A DNA stretch of 64,000 nucleotides from Chitinophaga pinensis (GTDB lineage Bacteria > Bacteroidota > Bacteroidia > UKL13-3): positions 996-64,995 of the forward strand of contig CAMAWM010000010.1 of the NCBI GenBank assembly GCA_945861965.1, written 5' to 3'. Shown one piece after another: positions 1-10,283 of the stretch. The notes beneath the pieces are model-generated. The model was not told the DNA's origin. It made no database searches and saw only the letters and a program-made list of their open reading frames with translations. The position numbers and the translations under genes are program-made. Position 1 is the first letter of the stretch. Every line of letters starts with the position of its first letter.

Positions 1-322
1 CGCCTTTCCATGTGCATCGTGGTGTATTGCAAACCCACGTAAATCCAATTGAGGTGGCAGGTACTTTTACTGAATCGGCTTTAAAAACAATAGCCGGAAC
101 CCATACCGAATCAATTATGATATTGTAAACAGTTCCACCAATATCAATAGTAGAATCTTTTGGAGCTCTGAAATACACATTCACATCGTACACGCTGTCA
201 ACCTTTGCATCGGGCAGCACAGGAGGGTAAATGTAACTTGTAATTGTTGTGTCGGGTGTGCATTGAGAGTTGGCAAACTGAACACTTAAAATTGTTAATA
301 GCAATAGTAATCCTCTTTTCAT
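1..322 (-). CDS. hypothetical secreted protein, N-terminal part only (gene runs off the window start)
   Basis: My own minus-strand translation from the ATG at 322 gives MKRGLLLLLTILSVQFANSQCTPDTT... and stays open to position 1. The N-terminus looks like a signal peptide. It is absent from the ORF track because there is no stop in the window. Confidence 0.5.
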   Translation of the reverse strand, partial: MKRGLLLLLTILSVQFANSQCTPDTTITSYIYPPVLPDAKVDSVYDVNVYFRAPKDSTIDIGGTVYNIIIDSVWVPAIVFKADSVKVPATSIGFTWVCNTPRCTWKG

Positions 323-423
323 TTTTTCTAATTTTGTGAAACAAACGTAACCATAATTTTTTATTAATTGGCAAGTTTGATATTGAAGTAAAAACTTTTT
401 CAAACTATATTTGTAGCTATAAA

Positions 424-1200
424 ATGAACAAAATAAGCAGCGTAATAATTAGTTTAGTTCTTGGTACAAGTGTTTTTGCTCAACAAAAAGCGAAAACTCC
501 AGAGATGCCAATTGAAGAAAAACTGTATCAGCCAGTTGTTGTAATCGAAAATTTTAGCAGCGAAGGGTGTAGCAGTTGCCCAATTGCCGATGAGTTTTTG
601 GCTAAAATAATTCACATGTCTGATAGTTCAAATACTCCGGTTTATGTCCTGGATTTTCATGTCGATCTTTGGAATAAAGCGGGTTGGGTTGATAAATATT
701 CGGACTCGAATTTTACACTAAGGCAAAAATCGTATATCGGCAAAGTTCCCAATCAGGCAATGTACACGCCACAAGCTTTTTTAAACGGCACAGTCACTTG
801 GCCGGGCAATGCGCAAAAAGAAATAGGACAGTTTATTCAAAACACTTTGCAACAACCGCTAAAACATTTTCTGCGAATTACGGCATTTCAAAATGCGTTG
901 GATAGCATAACTATCGATTACAATATTTGGGGAAAAACAGACAGCAGCATCATAAATTTTGCCATTGTATTTAACGAAATTTATAGCAAGGTAACTGCTG
1001 GCGAAAATGCCAATAAACTGTTGCACCACCACAATGTTGTAAAATTTTTTAAAACCGAAAATGTAATTTTTAATCGAGGCAGGAGTTTTATTAAAATCCC
1101 ACCGGGCTTTGATTTATCGCAAGCGAGATTAATTGCATTTGTTCAGCACGAACGAAGCTGGCAGGTACTTGCTGCTGATCAACTAATTATTGCAAAATAA
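424..1200 (+). CDS. DUF1223-like thioredoxin-fold secreted protein
   Basis: 258-aa ORF with a signal peptide and a SSEGCSSCPIADEF motif typical of the DUF1223 family. Confidence 0.55.
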   Translation: MNKISSVIISLVLGTSVFAQQKAKTPEMPIEEKLYQPVVVIENFSSEGCSSCPIADEFLAKIIHMSDSSNTPVYVLDFHVDLWNKAGWVDKYSDSNFTLRQKSYIGKVPNQAMYTPQAFLNGTVTWPGNAQKEIGQFIQNTLQQPLKHFLRITAFQNALDSITIDYNIWGKTDSSIINFAIVFNEIYSKVTAGENANKLLHHHNVVKFFKTENVIFNRGRSFIKIPPGFDLSQARLIAFVQHERSWQVLAADQLIIAK

Positions 1201-1227
1201 TTTTTTTGCTTAGGTGTGAAAAAACAC

Positions 1228-1235
1228 TACATTTG
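1228..1235 (+). promoter_or_regulatory. candidate Bacteroidota sigma-A -7 box (TACATTTG) for rimP-nusA-infB
   Basis: Exact match to the TAnnTTTG consensus, 64 nt upstream of the rimP ATG. Confidence 0.35.
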
Positions 1236-1254
1236 CCAACGAAAAACATATGAA

Positions 1255-1292
1255 ATACAAATGAGGGGACGATTAAGTCCCCTCATTTGTAT
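1255..1292 (+). promoter_or_regulatory. perfect 16-bp hairpin in the rimP leader, downstream of the DUF1223 gene
   Basis: ATACAAATGAGGGGAC (1255-1270) pairs perfectly with GTCCCCTCATTTGTAT (1277-1292) around a 6-nt loop. No U-tract follows on the + strand, so it is not a canonical terminator. Confidence 0.6.
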
Positions 1293-1298
1293 TAAAAA

Positions 1299-1763
1299 AT
1301 GGATATTTTAGTTCAAATTAAAGCCTGGAGTCAAGAGCATTTACAAGCACATTTGTTTGTAGTGGATGTGGAACAGAAATTGGGAAGCAGAAAAATCAGC
1401 GTTTTTGTTGATGGCGACAAAGGAATTTTGCTTGAAGAATGTAGGCAGCTTAGCCGATTTCTTTCGCAAAAATTAGATGAGCAAGAATATGGAGACAAGC
1501 CGTATACGCTTGAAGTCTCATCACCAGGAGTTGAAAGGGCGATGAAGTATTTGAGACAGTTTGGAAAACATTTGGGAAGAGAGTTGCTAATAAAACTGAA
1601 AGCAAATTCAGAACTTTCGGGAAAATTGATTTCTCTAGATTCGGATAGAATTTCGATACAATTAAAAGACAACAAAAAAGGATATAAAGTTTCAGAGCCT
1701 GTTATAAAAATTATTAATTTTGCCGATGTGGCAGAATGTTTTGTTCAGGTTAGTTTTAATTAA
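1299..1763 (+). CDS. rimP: ribosome maturation factor RimP
   Basis: 154 aa with the EVSSPGVERAMK motif, located immediately upstream of nusA-infB. Confidence 0.85.
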   Translation: MDILVQIKAWSQEHLQAHLFVVDVEQKLGSRKISVFVDGDKGILLEECRQLSRFLSQKLDEQEYGDKPYTLEVSSPGVERAMKYLRQFGKHLGRELLIKLKANSELSGKLISLDSDRISIQLKDNKKGYKVSEPVIKIINFADVAECFVQVSFN

Positions 1764-1785
1764 TTAAAAATAGTAAAAATAAATT

Positions 1786-3024
1786 ATGCATAGTGTAGGA
1801 TTAATTGACTCGTTTGGCGAGTTTAAAGAATTTAAAAACATTGACCGCGCAACCTTGCAGCGAGTTTTGGAAGACGTGTTTAGAACCATGTTGCGAAAAA
1901 AATTCGGCACCGATGAAAACTTTGATGTAATCATTAACGACAAAAGCGGTGATTTGGAAATTTGGCAAAACCGAAAAATCGTGCACGATGGCGAAGTGGA
2001 AGATATAAGAACACAAATTGCTTATAGCGATGCGATAAAAATTGAACCCGATTTTGAAATTGGCGAAGATGTAACGGAAGAAGTTGGAATGGCCGTGTTT
2101 GGACGAAGAGCAGTTCTATCAGCCAGACAAACATTGTTGGGCAAAGTACTTGAACTTGAGAAAGACGAATTGTACAAAAAATACAAAGACCGCGTTGGAG
2201 AAATTATTACTGGCGAAGTGTATCAAATTTGGAAAAAAGAAATTATGGTTTTGGACGAAGAAGGCAATGAGTTGTTACTTCCAAAAACAGAAATGATTCC
2301 GGCAGATTACTTCAAAAAAGGAGAATCCACTCGCGCAATTGTACTCAAAGTTGAAATGTTTAATGGATCGCCACGAATTATTTTATCAAGAACATCTGAA
2401 GTATTCTTGGAGCGATTGTTTGAATTAGAAGTTCCAGAAATAATAGATGGATTAATAAACATTAAAAAAATTGTAAGAGAGCCAGGAGAAAGAGCGAAAG
2501 TTGCTGTTGAAAGCTACGATGACAGAATTGATCCAGTTGGAGCATGTGTGGGAATGAAAGGATCTAGAATTCATGGAATAGTTCGCGAATTAAGAAATGA
2601 AAATATTGATGTAATTAATTACACCAGTAATTTACAACTTTTGGTTCAGCGTTCGTTAAGCCCATCAAAAATTACCAGCGTTAAAATTGAAGAAGGAGAA
2701 AAACGTATATCTGTATTTTTAAAACCAGATCAAGTAAGTTTGGCAATTGGCAAAGGCGGACACAACATTAAACTAGCTAGTAAATTAGTTGGCTACGAAA
2801 TAGATGTGTATAGAGATTCAGACGAAACAGAAGAAGACGATATTGATTTGGATGAATTTACAGACGAAATAGACGCTTGGATAATTGACGAATTGAAAAA
2901 AACCGGATGCGATTCAGCAAAATCAGTGTTGGCACTTTCGATTGAAGATTTAGTTAGACGAACTGAGCTTGAAGAAGAAACAGTGATTGAAATACGCAAA
3001 ATTCTACAATCAGAATTTGAATAG
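1786..3024 (+). CDS. nusA: transcription termination/antitermination factor NusA
   Basis: 412 aa with S1 and KH domain signatures (GACVGMKGSRI, AIGKGGHNIKLA) in the conserved rimP-nusA-infB order. Confidence 0.95.
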   Translation: MHSVGLIDSFGEFKEFKNIDRATLQRVLEDVFRTMLRKKFGTDENFDVIINDKSGDLEIWQNRKIVHDGEVEDIRTQIAYSDAIKIEPDFEIGEDVTEEVGMAVFGRRAVLSARQTLLGKVLELEKDELYKKYKDRVGEIITGEVYQIWKKEIMVLDEEGNELLLPKTEMIPADYFKKGESTRAIVLKVEMFNGSPRIILSRTSEVFLERLFELEVPEIIDGLINIKKIVREPGERAKVAVESYDDRIDPVGACVGMKGSRIHGIVRELRNENIDVINYTSNLQLLVQRSLSPSKITSVKIEEGEKRISVFLKPDQVSLAIGKGGHNIKLASKLVGYEIDVYRDSDETEEDDIDLDEFTDEIDAWIIDELKKTGCDSAKSVLALSIEDLVRRTELEEETVIEIRKILQSEFE

Positions 3025-3211
3025 TATTTTATCGATTCGTTTTTTATAAAATGTATTTGTGATAATATTTTAAGAAGAGTACAATGAGAAGCAAATTTTA
3101 ATACCAAGTTTTACCATAGCGTAATTCATTGTTTAGCTTGTACTCTTCACAGTTAATTAAACAAAAAATGCAATATTGCAAAGCAATGTTGTGAAAGAAT
3201 AAAACAATAGA

Positions 3212-6127
3212 ATGAGCGAAGGAACAGGAACAAAAAGATTAAATGCTGTAGTAAAAGAGCTGAATGTGGGAATTCAAACCATAGTGGATCATCTTGCCAA
3301 AAGCGGTCATGCAATTGAGGCAAAACCCAATACAAAAATTACAGATCATCAATACACAATTCTACTGGATGAGTTCCTTTCTGATAAAAAATTAAAAGAA
3401 GAATCTAAACAAATTAAACACGATAGAGTAAAGCAAAAGGACATTACTCTTGACACTTTAAAACCCAAACAAAATGTAATAGCTGAAGAAGATATAGAAG
3501 ACGACAAGATTTTAATTAAATCAGAATTAACAAATAAAATTAGCTCTCCGCCACTTGTCGCGAAAAAGGAAATTAAAGTAGAAACTATAATTGAACCTAT
3601 AGTTAAAGTTTCGCAAAAACCAGAAACCGAAACGCCAAAAATACAAAAAGAAAACGAAGAAGAATTAACAGGTTTAAAAGTTAAAGGCAAAATTGATTTA
3701 GATGCTATAAACACAAAAACACGTCCTGACAAAAAATCAAAAGACAAAAAAGAAAAAGCCGAAACAACAAAACCCGTAAAAAAATCGAAGGTAGTTGCAG
3801 AGGAAATAGTAATAGTTGAACCTCAAAAAGTTGAAACAAAATTAGAGCCACAAGCAACGGAAGAAGAGCAGATAAAAATAAGAGAAACAAAATTTGAAAA
3901 ACTTGGCGGATTAAAAGTTCTTGGTAAAGTTGAATTGCCAATTGAGCCAGTAAAAAAACCAGACGAAAGTTTATCAGACAAAAATAAAAAGAAACGCAAA
4001 CGCACAAATTTTGTCGGAGGTAGCAGTAGTTCAAATGAAAAACTAAATCAGTTTAAAGGCGAAAAACCAAAAGATTTTATTCCGCGTGGCGACAAAAGTT
4101 TTAATCGTCCACCAATTGGAAATACTAGCAACAATCGCTTCGCAAAACGTGGTCCGGATCCACGTGGAAGAGATGCAAAACCTGCAGAAAAACCAGAAAT
4201 TAGCGAAAAAGTAATTCAAGATAAACTTAAAGAAACCTTAGCCAGACTGAATCCAGGAAGCAAAAATGCTAACCTTGGTTCGGTTCGTTCTAAAATTAGA
4301 AAACAGAAACGCGATGCAGCTACAGTTGTTAGAGAAGAGGCTTTAGTTCAAGAAGAAATTGACAAGAAAATATTAAAAGTAACCGAATTTGTTACCGCTA
4401 ATGAGCTTTCAAAAATGATGGACATTAGTGTTACACAAATCATTTCGGCATGTATGAGTTTGGGAATGATGGTATCCATCAACCAACGCTTAGATGCAGA
4501 AACAATAACCATTGTTGCAAGTGAATTTGGATTTGAAATAGAATTTGTTTCTGCCGAAGTTCAAGAAGCAGTTGAAGAAGATATTGATGAGCCGGAAAAT
4601 TTATTGCCACGTGCGCCTATCGTAACAGTTATGGGACACGTAGATCATGGTAAAACATCTTTGCTAGATTACATAAGAAAAGCAAATGTTATAGCAGGCG
4701 AAGCAGGAGGAATTACTCAACACGTAGGCGCTTACGAAGTAAAATTAGATAACGGAAAAAGAATTGCATTTTTGGATACTCCCGGCCACGAAGCATTTAC
4801 CGCAATGCGAGCACGTGGTGCAAAAATTACAGATATTGTAATTGTAGTTGTAGCTGCCGATGATAGTGTAATGCCTCAAACAAAAGAAGCAATTAGCCAC
4901 GCACAAGCTGCGGGTGTTCCAATAGTTTTTGCATTGAATAAAATGGATCGCGATGGAGCAAATCCAGAAAGAATTAAAGAACAACTTTCGGCCATGAATA
5001 TTTTGGTTGAAGACTGGGGCGGAAAATTTCAGTGCCAAGAAATATCTGCAAAAAACGGAACCAATGTTGAAGCCTTGCTCGACAAAGTTTTGCTTGAAGC
5101 CGAGATGCTTGATCTAAAAGCCAATCCTAACAAACGCGCTGTTGGAAGTATTATTGAAGCAACGCTTGATAAAGGAAGGGGAAATGTTACAACCATTATG
5201 GTTCAAGCAGGAACACTAAAAGTGGGTGATCCAATTATAGCAGGTATTCACAACGGACGTGTGAAAGCAATGTTTGACGAACGCGGAAAAAAAATAAGCG
5301 AAGCAGGACCTTCAACACCAGCGGTTATCTTAGGATTTGATAAAGCACCACAAGCAGGCGATAAATTAATTGTAACTAAAACCGAACAAGAAGCAAAAGA
5401 AATTTCGAACAAGAGACAACAATTGCAACGCGAGCAAGGAATTAGAACTCACAAACACATTACACTTGACGAAATTGGAAGAAGGTTAGCCATCGGAAAT
5501 TTCAAAGAATTAAAAATAATTGTAAAAGGAGATGTGGATGGATCGGTTGAAGCATTAAGCGATTCGTTAATAAAATTATCAACCGAAGAAGTACAAGTAT
5601 CTGTAATTTTTAAAGCCGTTGGACCTATTTCGGAAAGCGATGTAATGTTGGCATCGGCTTCAGATGCAATCATTGTTGGATTCCAAGTTCGTCCTTCGCC
5701 ACAAGCTCGCAAACTTGCCGAACAAGAGGCGATTGATATTCGTTTGTATTCTATTATTTACAACGCTATCGAAGAAATTAAATCAGCAATCGAGGGAATG
5801 CATGCAGCCAAAATTGAAGAAAAAATTACGGGCAATGCAGAAATTCGCGAAGTGTTTAAAGTTACAAAAGTTGGAAGCGTTGCTGGTTGTATGGTAACGG
5901 ACGGAAAAATTTTCCGCAATTCAAAAATCAGATTAATACGCGATGGTGTAGTAGTTTATACAAGTGAGCTTACTTCGTTAAAACGATTCAAAGACGATGC
6001 AAAAGAAGTTGTTTCGGGATATGATTGTGGACTTACGATTCATAATTTCAACGACATGAAAGTTGGCGATTTGGTTGAAGCGTACGAAGAAGTAGAAGTA
6101 AAACGTGTTATTGGAGCAGTAAAATAA
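3212..6127 (+). CDS. infB: translation initiation factor IF-2
   Basis: 971 aa with GTPase motifs [13 protein letters not shown] and NKMD, and a K/E-rich low-complexity N-terminal region. Confidence 0.97.
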   Translation: MSEGTGTKRLNAVVKELNVGIQTIVDHLAKSGHAIEAKPNTKITDHQYTILLDEFLSDKKLKEESKQIKHDRVKQKDITLDTLKPKQNVIAEEDIEDDKILIKSELTNKISSPPLVAKKEIKVETIIEPIVKVSQKPETETPKIQKENEEELTGLKVKGKIDLDAINTKTRPDKKSKDKKEKAETTKPVKKSKVVAEEIVIVEPQKVETKLEPQATEEEQIKIRETKFEKLGGLKVLGKVELPIEPVKKPDESLSDKNKKKRKRTNFVGGSSSSNEKLNQFKGEKPKDFIPRGDKSFNRPPIGNTSNNRFAKRGPDPRGRDAKPAEKPEISEKVIQDKLKETLARLNPGSKNANLGSVRSKIRKQKRDAATVVREEALVQEEIDKKILKVTEFVTANELSKMMDISVTQIISACMSLGMMVSINQRLDAETITIVASEFGFEIEFVSAEVQEAVEEDIDEPENLLPRAPIVTVMGHVDHGKTSLLDYIRKANVIAGEAGGITQHVGAYEVKLDNGKRIAFLDTPGHEAFTAMRARGAKITDIVIVVVAADDSVMPQTKEAISHAQAAGVPIVFALNKMDRDGANPERIKEQLSAMNILVEDWGGKFQCQEISAKNGTNVEALLDKVLLEAEMLDLKANPNKRAVGSIIEATLDKGRGNVTTIMVQAGTLKVGDPIIAGIHNGRVKAMFDERGKKISEAGPSTPAVILGFDKAPQAGDKLIVTKTEQEAKEISNKRQQLQREQGIRTHKHITLDEIGRRLAIGNFKELKIIVKGDVDGSVEALSDSLIKLSTEEVQVSVIFKAVGPISESDVMLASASDAIIVGFQVRPSPQARKLAEQEAIDIRLYSIIYNAIEEIKSAIEGMHAAKIEEKITGNAEIREVFKVTKVGSVAGCMVTDGKIFRNSKIRLIRDGVVVYTSELTSLKRFKDDAKEVVSGYDCGLTIHNFNDMKVGDLVEAYEEVEVKRVIGAVK

Positions 6128-6135
6128 TTCTGAAA

Positions 6136-6495
6136 TTAAAATCCAATCATTTCTAATTTTTCAGGCGATGCGACAAGTGAAAATGTTTTATCAACTCCAT
6201 CGTTTTGCTTAAAAATGATTTTGCAATGTGTTTCATCTTCCCAATTAAATAACACCGTTTCGTTATTTAAATTGTCCGAATAAATTTCAAAGTCAAGACT
6301 TCCTTCTTTGAATGAATACGCTTTTACTTTCATTACAACCTGCCAAGGATCAACGCTTGTAACACGACTTGCCTGGATGTTAAGCGCAACTTTTTTATTG
6401 GGAGATGTGTGAACTAATTTGGCTTTAGTTTCTCCACTGCATGAAAATAAAATAGTAAAACAAAAAATTAAAATTAGCGTAGCAAATGATTTCAT
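6136..6495 (-). CDS. hypothetical lipoprotein
   Basis: 119 aa with a signal peptide and lipobox-like LFSC. I recognise no family. Confidence 0.45.
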   Translation of the reverse strand: MKSFATLILIFCFTILFSCSGETKAKLVHTSPNKKVALNIQASRVTSVDPWQVVMKVKAYSFKEGSLDFEIYSDNLNNETVLFNWEDETHCKIIFKQNDGVDKTFSLVASPEKLEMIGF

Positions 6496-6599
6496 AATTT
6501 ATTTTTACTGAGAATTAAATACATTAATTTAATTTATCAAAAGTGGGTATAAAAAATGAAAATAATTAATCAAATTCGTCCTCATTAAAAACCGATAAA

Positions 6600-8306
6600 A
6601 TGATAACCATAACTCAACGAAATTTTTTGCCTCAAAAATTAAAAGTTACAAGTTGGGAAGCGCTAGCTCCTTTTTTTAGTCAATTGATGGAAAGAGCTAT
6701 CGATACAAAACACGAATTAGAAAAATGGTTGAAAGACAGAAGCGAGCTGGAAGCCTTTTGCAGCGAAGATCTTGCGTGGCGATATGTTCGTATGACTTGT
6801 GATACAGCCAATGCGGATTTAGAAAAAGCATATCTGTTTTTTGTAACCGAAATAGAGCCGAAAATCTCTACATTGAATGATAAATTAAATCGAAAATTAA
6901 TCGAATCGAAATGTATCAATGAACTAGACCACGACAAATATTTTATTTACTTAAGAAGTATTCGAAAAGAAATAGAAATTTTTAGAGAAGAAAATGTACC
7001 GCTTGTTGCCGAAATACAAACTGAAAGTCAAAAATACGGAAGCATTGTCGGAAGTATGATGGTTACAATTGACGACAAAGAACTAACGCTACAGCAAGCA
7101 TCAAATTATTTAAAAAACCCGGACAGAAAAAAACGCGAAGAAGCATTTATAAAAATAAATGAAAAACGACAAGAACATGCCAAAGAGTTAGACGAATTAT
7201 TTGATAAATTAATTTCACTGCGAAATAAAGTAGCAATAAATGCGGGGTTTAAAAACTTTCGCGATTACATGTTTGCAGCGCTTGGCAGGTTTGATTACAG
7301 TCCAGAAGATTGTTTTGCTTTTCACGATGCGGTTCAAAAAGAAGTGGTTCCTTTGGTAAAAGTATTTACAGAAAAAAGAAAAAAAGAGTTGCAGTTGGAA
7401 ACTCTTAGGCCTTGGGATTTGGAAGTAGATACAAAAAACAGAGAGGCATTAGAACCCTTTACAAGTGGCGCTGATTTGCTTGAAAAAACAATTAGATGCT
7501 TTAAAAAAGTAGATGAATATTTTGCTTGGTGCATCGAAACAATGGACAATATGGAACGCTTGGATCTAGAATCTCGCAAAGGAAAAGCACCTGGCGGATA
7601 TAATTATCCGATGGCAGAAACAAGTGTGCCTTTTATATTTATGAATGCAGCTTCGTCAACTCGAGATGTAGAAACAATGGTGCACGAAGGCGGACATGCA
7701 GTGCATTCTTTTTTGAGTAAAGATTTGGAACTTGCTGCATTTAAAAGTTGTCCAAGCGAAGTCGCAGAGTTGGCAAGCATGAGCATGGAATTAATAAGTT
7801 ACGATGGGCAAGATGAATTTTATAAAAACAAGGAAGATTTTAATCGAGCAAAAGAAGAACATTTAGAAGGCATCATAAAAATTTTGCCGTGGATTGCTAC
7901 CATCGATAAATTTCAACATTGGATTTATTCAAATCCAAATCATACAAATGACGAAAGAAAAAAATACTGGCTGCAACTAAGCGCTGATTTTGGAACAGGA
8001 ATGGTAGATTGGAATGGATTTGAAAATGTGAAGGAACATACTTGGCAAAGGCAATTGCATTTGTACGAGGTCCCGTTTTATTATATCGAATATGGAATGG
8101 CGCAATTGGGAGCGCTTGCAGTTTGGAAAAATTTTATTCAAGATAAAAACAAAGCAATAGAACAATATAAACAAGCGCTAAGTTTGGGTTACACTAAAAC
8201 GATTTCTGAAATTTATAAAACTGCAGGAGTTGAATTTAATTTTTCAGCCAAATACATAAATGAGCTAATGAGTTTTGTAAAAGAAGAGTTGGCTAAGTTA
8301 GATTAA
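6600..8306 (+). CDS. pepF: M3-family oligoendopeptidase F
   Basis: 568 aa with the zinc motif HEGGHAVH and the overall layout of the M3B family. Confidence 0.85.
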   Translation: MITITQRNFLPQKLKVTSWEALAPFFSQLMERAIDTKHELEKWLKDRSELEAFCSEDLAWRYVRMTCDTANADLEKAYLFFVTEIEPKISTLNDKLNRKLIESKCINELDHDKYFIYLRSIRKEIEIFREENVPLVAEIQTESQKYGSIVGSMMVTIDDKELTLQQASNYLKNPDRKKREEAFIKINEKRQEHAKELDELFDKLISLRNKVAINAGFKNFRDYMFAALGRFDYSPEDCFAFHDAVQKEVVPLVKVFTEKRKKELQLETLRPWDLEVDTKNREALEPFTSGADLLEKTIRCFKKVDEYFAWCIETMDNMERLDLESRKGKAPGGYNYPMAETSVPFIFMNAASSTRDVETMVHEGGHAVHSFLSKDLELAAFKSCPSEVAELASMSMELISYDGQDEFYKNKEDFNRAKEEHLEGIIKILPWIATIDKFQHWIYSNPNHTNDERKKYWLQLSADFGTGMVDWNGFENVKEHTWQRQLHLYEVPFYYIEYGMAQLGALAVWKNFIQDKNKAIEQYKQALSLGYTKTISEIYKTAGVEFNFSAKYINELMSFVKEELAKLD

Positions 8307-8309
8307 AAC

Positions 8310-9068
8310 TTATTTTGCTTTATTTACTTCTACAATAAATTTATCAATTGCCATTGCCATTGAAGGATATTCAGGCGTTGGCGCTTGAATATTTAAATTT
8401 AATCCAGCATCTTTTATTGCTTTGTGTGTGGTTGCTCCAAAACCAGCAATTGTAGTTTTTAACTGTTTAAATTTTGGAAAATTTTCATAAAGAGATTGAA
8501 TATCTGCAGGGCTGTAAAAAACAATTATATCGTAATTTACATTCTTCAAATCATTCAGATTGCTGCTTGCTATTTTATAAAAAAATCCTTCTTTGAAAGT
8601 GTAACGACCTTTTTTCATAAATTTTTGAATGTCGTGTTTTCGCCAATCGCTACAAGCGAATAAATATTTTTCTTTGGGGTGATTTTTAAAAATAGGGAAC
8701 AATTCAACTTCTGTTCCTTTGCCAGTAAACACTTTTCTTTTTCGAACAAAAATATATTTAGATAAATAATTGGCGATGCTTTCGTTCACACAAAAATACT
8801 TCAAGTCAATATGAATTTCTACTTTCATTTCGGTACACATTCTAAAGAAATGATCAACTGAATTGCGAGAGTTTAAAATAATAGCAGTGTAATCAAGTAT
8901 GTTGACTTTTTGTTTCCTAAAATCCTTTGCTGATATTCCATGCACTTCAATAAATGGACGGAAATCTATTTTAGTATTGTGCTTTTTGGCTAAATCAAAA
9001 AACGGTGATTTTTCGCTTTCCGGTTTTGGTTGGCAAACAAGAATGCTCTTAACTTTTGTATTTTTCAA
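8310..9068 (-). CDS. hemD: uroporphyrinogen-III synthase-like protein (HemD family)
   Basis: 252 aa with a HemD-like pattern. It overlaps the downstream end of the DUF4271 gene by 4 nt (9065-9068), a pairing common in Bacteroidota. Confidence 0.55.
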   Translation of the reverse strand: MKNTKVKSILVCQPKPESEKSPFFDLAKKHNTKIDFRPFIEVHGISAKDFRKQKVNILDYTAIILNSRNSVDHFFRMCTEMKVEIHIDLKYFCVNESIANYLSKYIFVRKRKVFTGKGTEVELFPIFKNHPKEKYLFACSDWRKHDIQKFMKKGRYTFKEGFFYKIASSNLNDLKNVNYDIIVFYSPADIQSLYENFPKFKQLKTTIAGFGATTHKAIKDAGLNLNIQAPTPEYPSMAMAIDKFIVEVNKAK

Positions 9069-10264
9069 ATCAAATAATTATTTAATACTTTAATAATAAC
9101 TAGCCAAGGGGCAATTTCCAAAGCGCAAATATACACAAATAAGTAAAATATCGGCAAGCTTCTGGACGAAAGACCGGATATTAAAAACCTGAATATACGG
9201 TAGATAATGGAGGTGAAAAATATGCCGACAAGCGTAAAAAATATAGCATTGACAGCTTGTTGGCTTGGCATGTAAGCATAAAAGAGCGCAAAAAAGAGCA
9301 GCACCAAACCCGTAAAATTACAAACTTGTACAGTGCTAATAATTAATTTTATGGATGTTGCAGATTCTTTTATCAATCCGCCCAAAAATGAATGTAAAAT
9401 AAATTTACACAGATAAACTAAAAACAAAATTCCAGATACAATCCAAACCAAAATGTGATAAGGATAGATTTCAAAAATCTGATTGTACTCGAAAAATAAA
9501 GTTAGCACAAACGAAAACGAAAGTATGTAACACAAAAACAGGTGGAAATAATTAAAGTTAAATCCCGAAGATTTTGCATCGCGAATTTGGGATAATCCAG
9601 AGATGTCAAAAAGCGAAAAAGCGGCTTGCTCAAAACTTTTATCGTTTACTAATCGAATTATAGAAATGTAAAAAACAAGGCCGATTAAAAACCAAAATTT
9701 CCAACGATTTTCTTTAACTGGTTTTACAATTATTTGTTTCAAATAAGGCAAATCTCGTTGCGCGTTTTCTGTCAAAATATTTTCGGAAGTTTGAATGCCA
9801 ATGTATTTTTCGTAAGGCATAAAATACGATTTCGACAATCCTTTATTGTTGAAACTATCACTAACAAATAGAGGTCGTTTGCTCGATTCAATAATGATGG
9901 GTTTTACTTGTTTAGTCGAATCAGCTTTTCGAACAAGCGAATCCTTTTTCTTTTGAATAATTATTGGTTTTGCAGCTTTTGCCTTAATAGAATCAGCTTT
10001 TCGAACAAGCGAATCCTTTTTCTTTGCTTTGATAGTTGTCTCAAGTTTTTTTGTGTTTATCGAATCAACTTTTTTGACGACTATTTCTTTTTTCTTTAGA
10101 TTGTTAATTGACTTTTGAGTATCCTTTTTAGTTGAATCAATTTTTTGAGGAACTTCACTTTTTTTCTTTTGTTTAAATGTGCTGTCCTTTTTTTGGGCAA
10201 TAACATTTCCCATCACTAAAAATAGTGAAAATAAAAAAACGATTTGTTTAAAATATTTCTTCAA
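9065..10264 (-). CDS. DUF4271-like membrane protein with a K-rich repeated N-terminal region
   Basis: 399 aa with a signal/anchor sequence, KKKDSLVRKADS repeats, and then several hydrophobic helices. Confidence 0.5.
   Translation of the reverse strand: MKKYFKQIVFLFSLFLVMGNVIAQKKDSTFKQKKKSEVPQKIDSTKKDTQKSINNLKKKEIVVKKVDSINTKKLETTIKAKKKDSLVRKADSIKAKAAKPIIIQKKKDSLVRKADSTKQVKPIIIESSKRPLFVSDSFNNKGLSKSYFMPYEKYIGIQTSENILTENAQRDLPYLKQIIVKPVKENRWKFWFLIGLVFYISIIRLVNDKSFEQAAFSLFDISGLSQIRDAKSSGFNFNYFHLFLCYILSFSFVLTLFFEYNQIFEIYPYHILVWIVSGILFLVYLCKFILHSFLGGLIKESATSIKLIISTVQVCNFTGLVLLFFALFYAYMPSQQAVNAIFFTLVGIFFTSIIYRIFRFLISGLSSRSLPIFYLFVYICALEIAPWLVIIKVLNNYLI
9918..10025. repeat. in-frame coding direct repeat (36-nt exact copy, 72-nt period)
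   Basis: GAATCAGCTTTTCGAACAAGCGAATCCTTTTTCTTT occurs at both 9918-9953 and 9990-10025, encoding KKKDSLVRKADS twice. Confidence 0.8.
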
Positions 10265-10283
10265 TTGTGTAGTATAAAAATTG

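Noticed and set aside
3349-4034. Several 60-132-aa minus-strand ORFs (3349-3747, 3705-4034, 3823-4005) inside infB.
   Set aside because: They are antisense to the K/E-rich low-complexity part of IF-2. AAR/GAR-rich coding sequence yields stop-poor F/L/S-rich antisense frames. They have no independent signals, and infB is unambiguous.
9918-10025. Short spaced direct repeats that might suggest a mini-CRISPR array. I considered the same for 48787-49170.
   Set aside because: There are only two copies at 9918-10025, both in-frame inside a long ORF and encoding repeated peptide motifs. There is no repeat-spacer periodicity, no palindromic repeat core and no cas genes.
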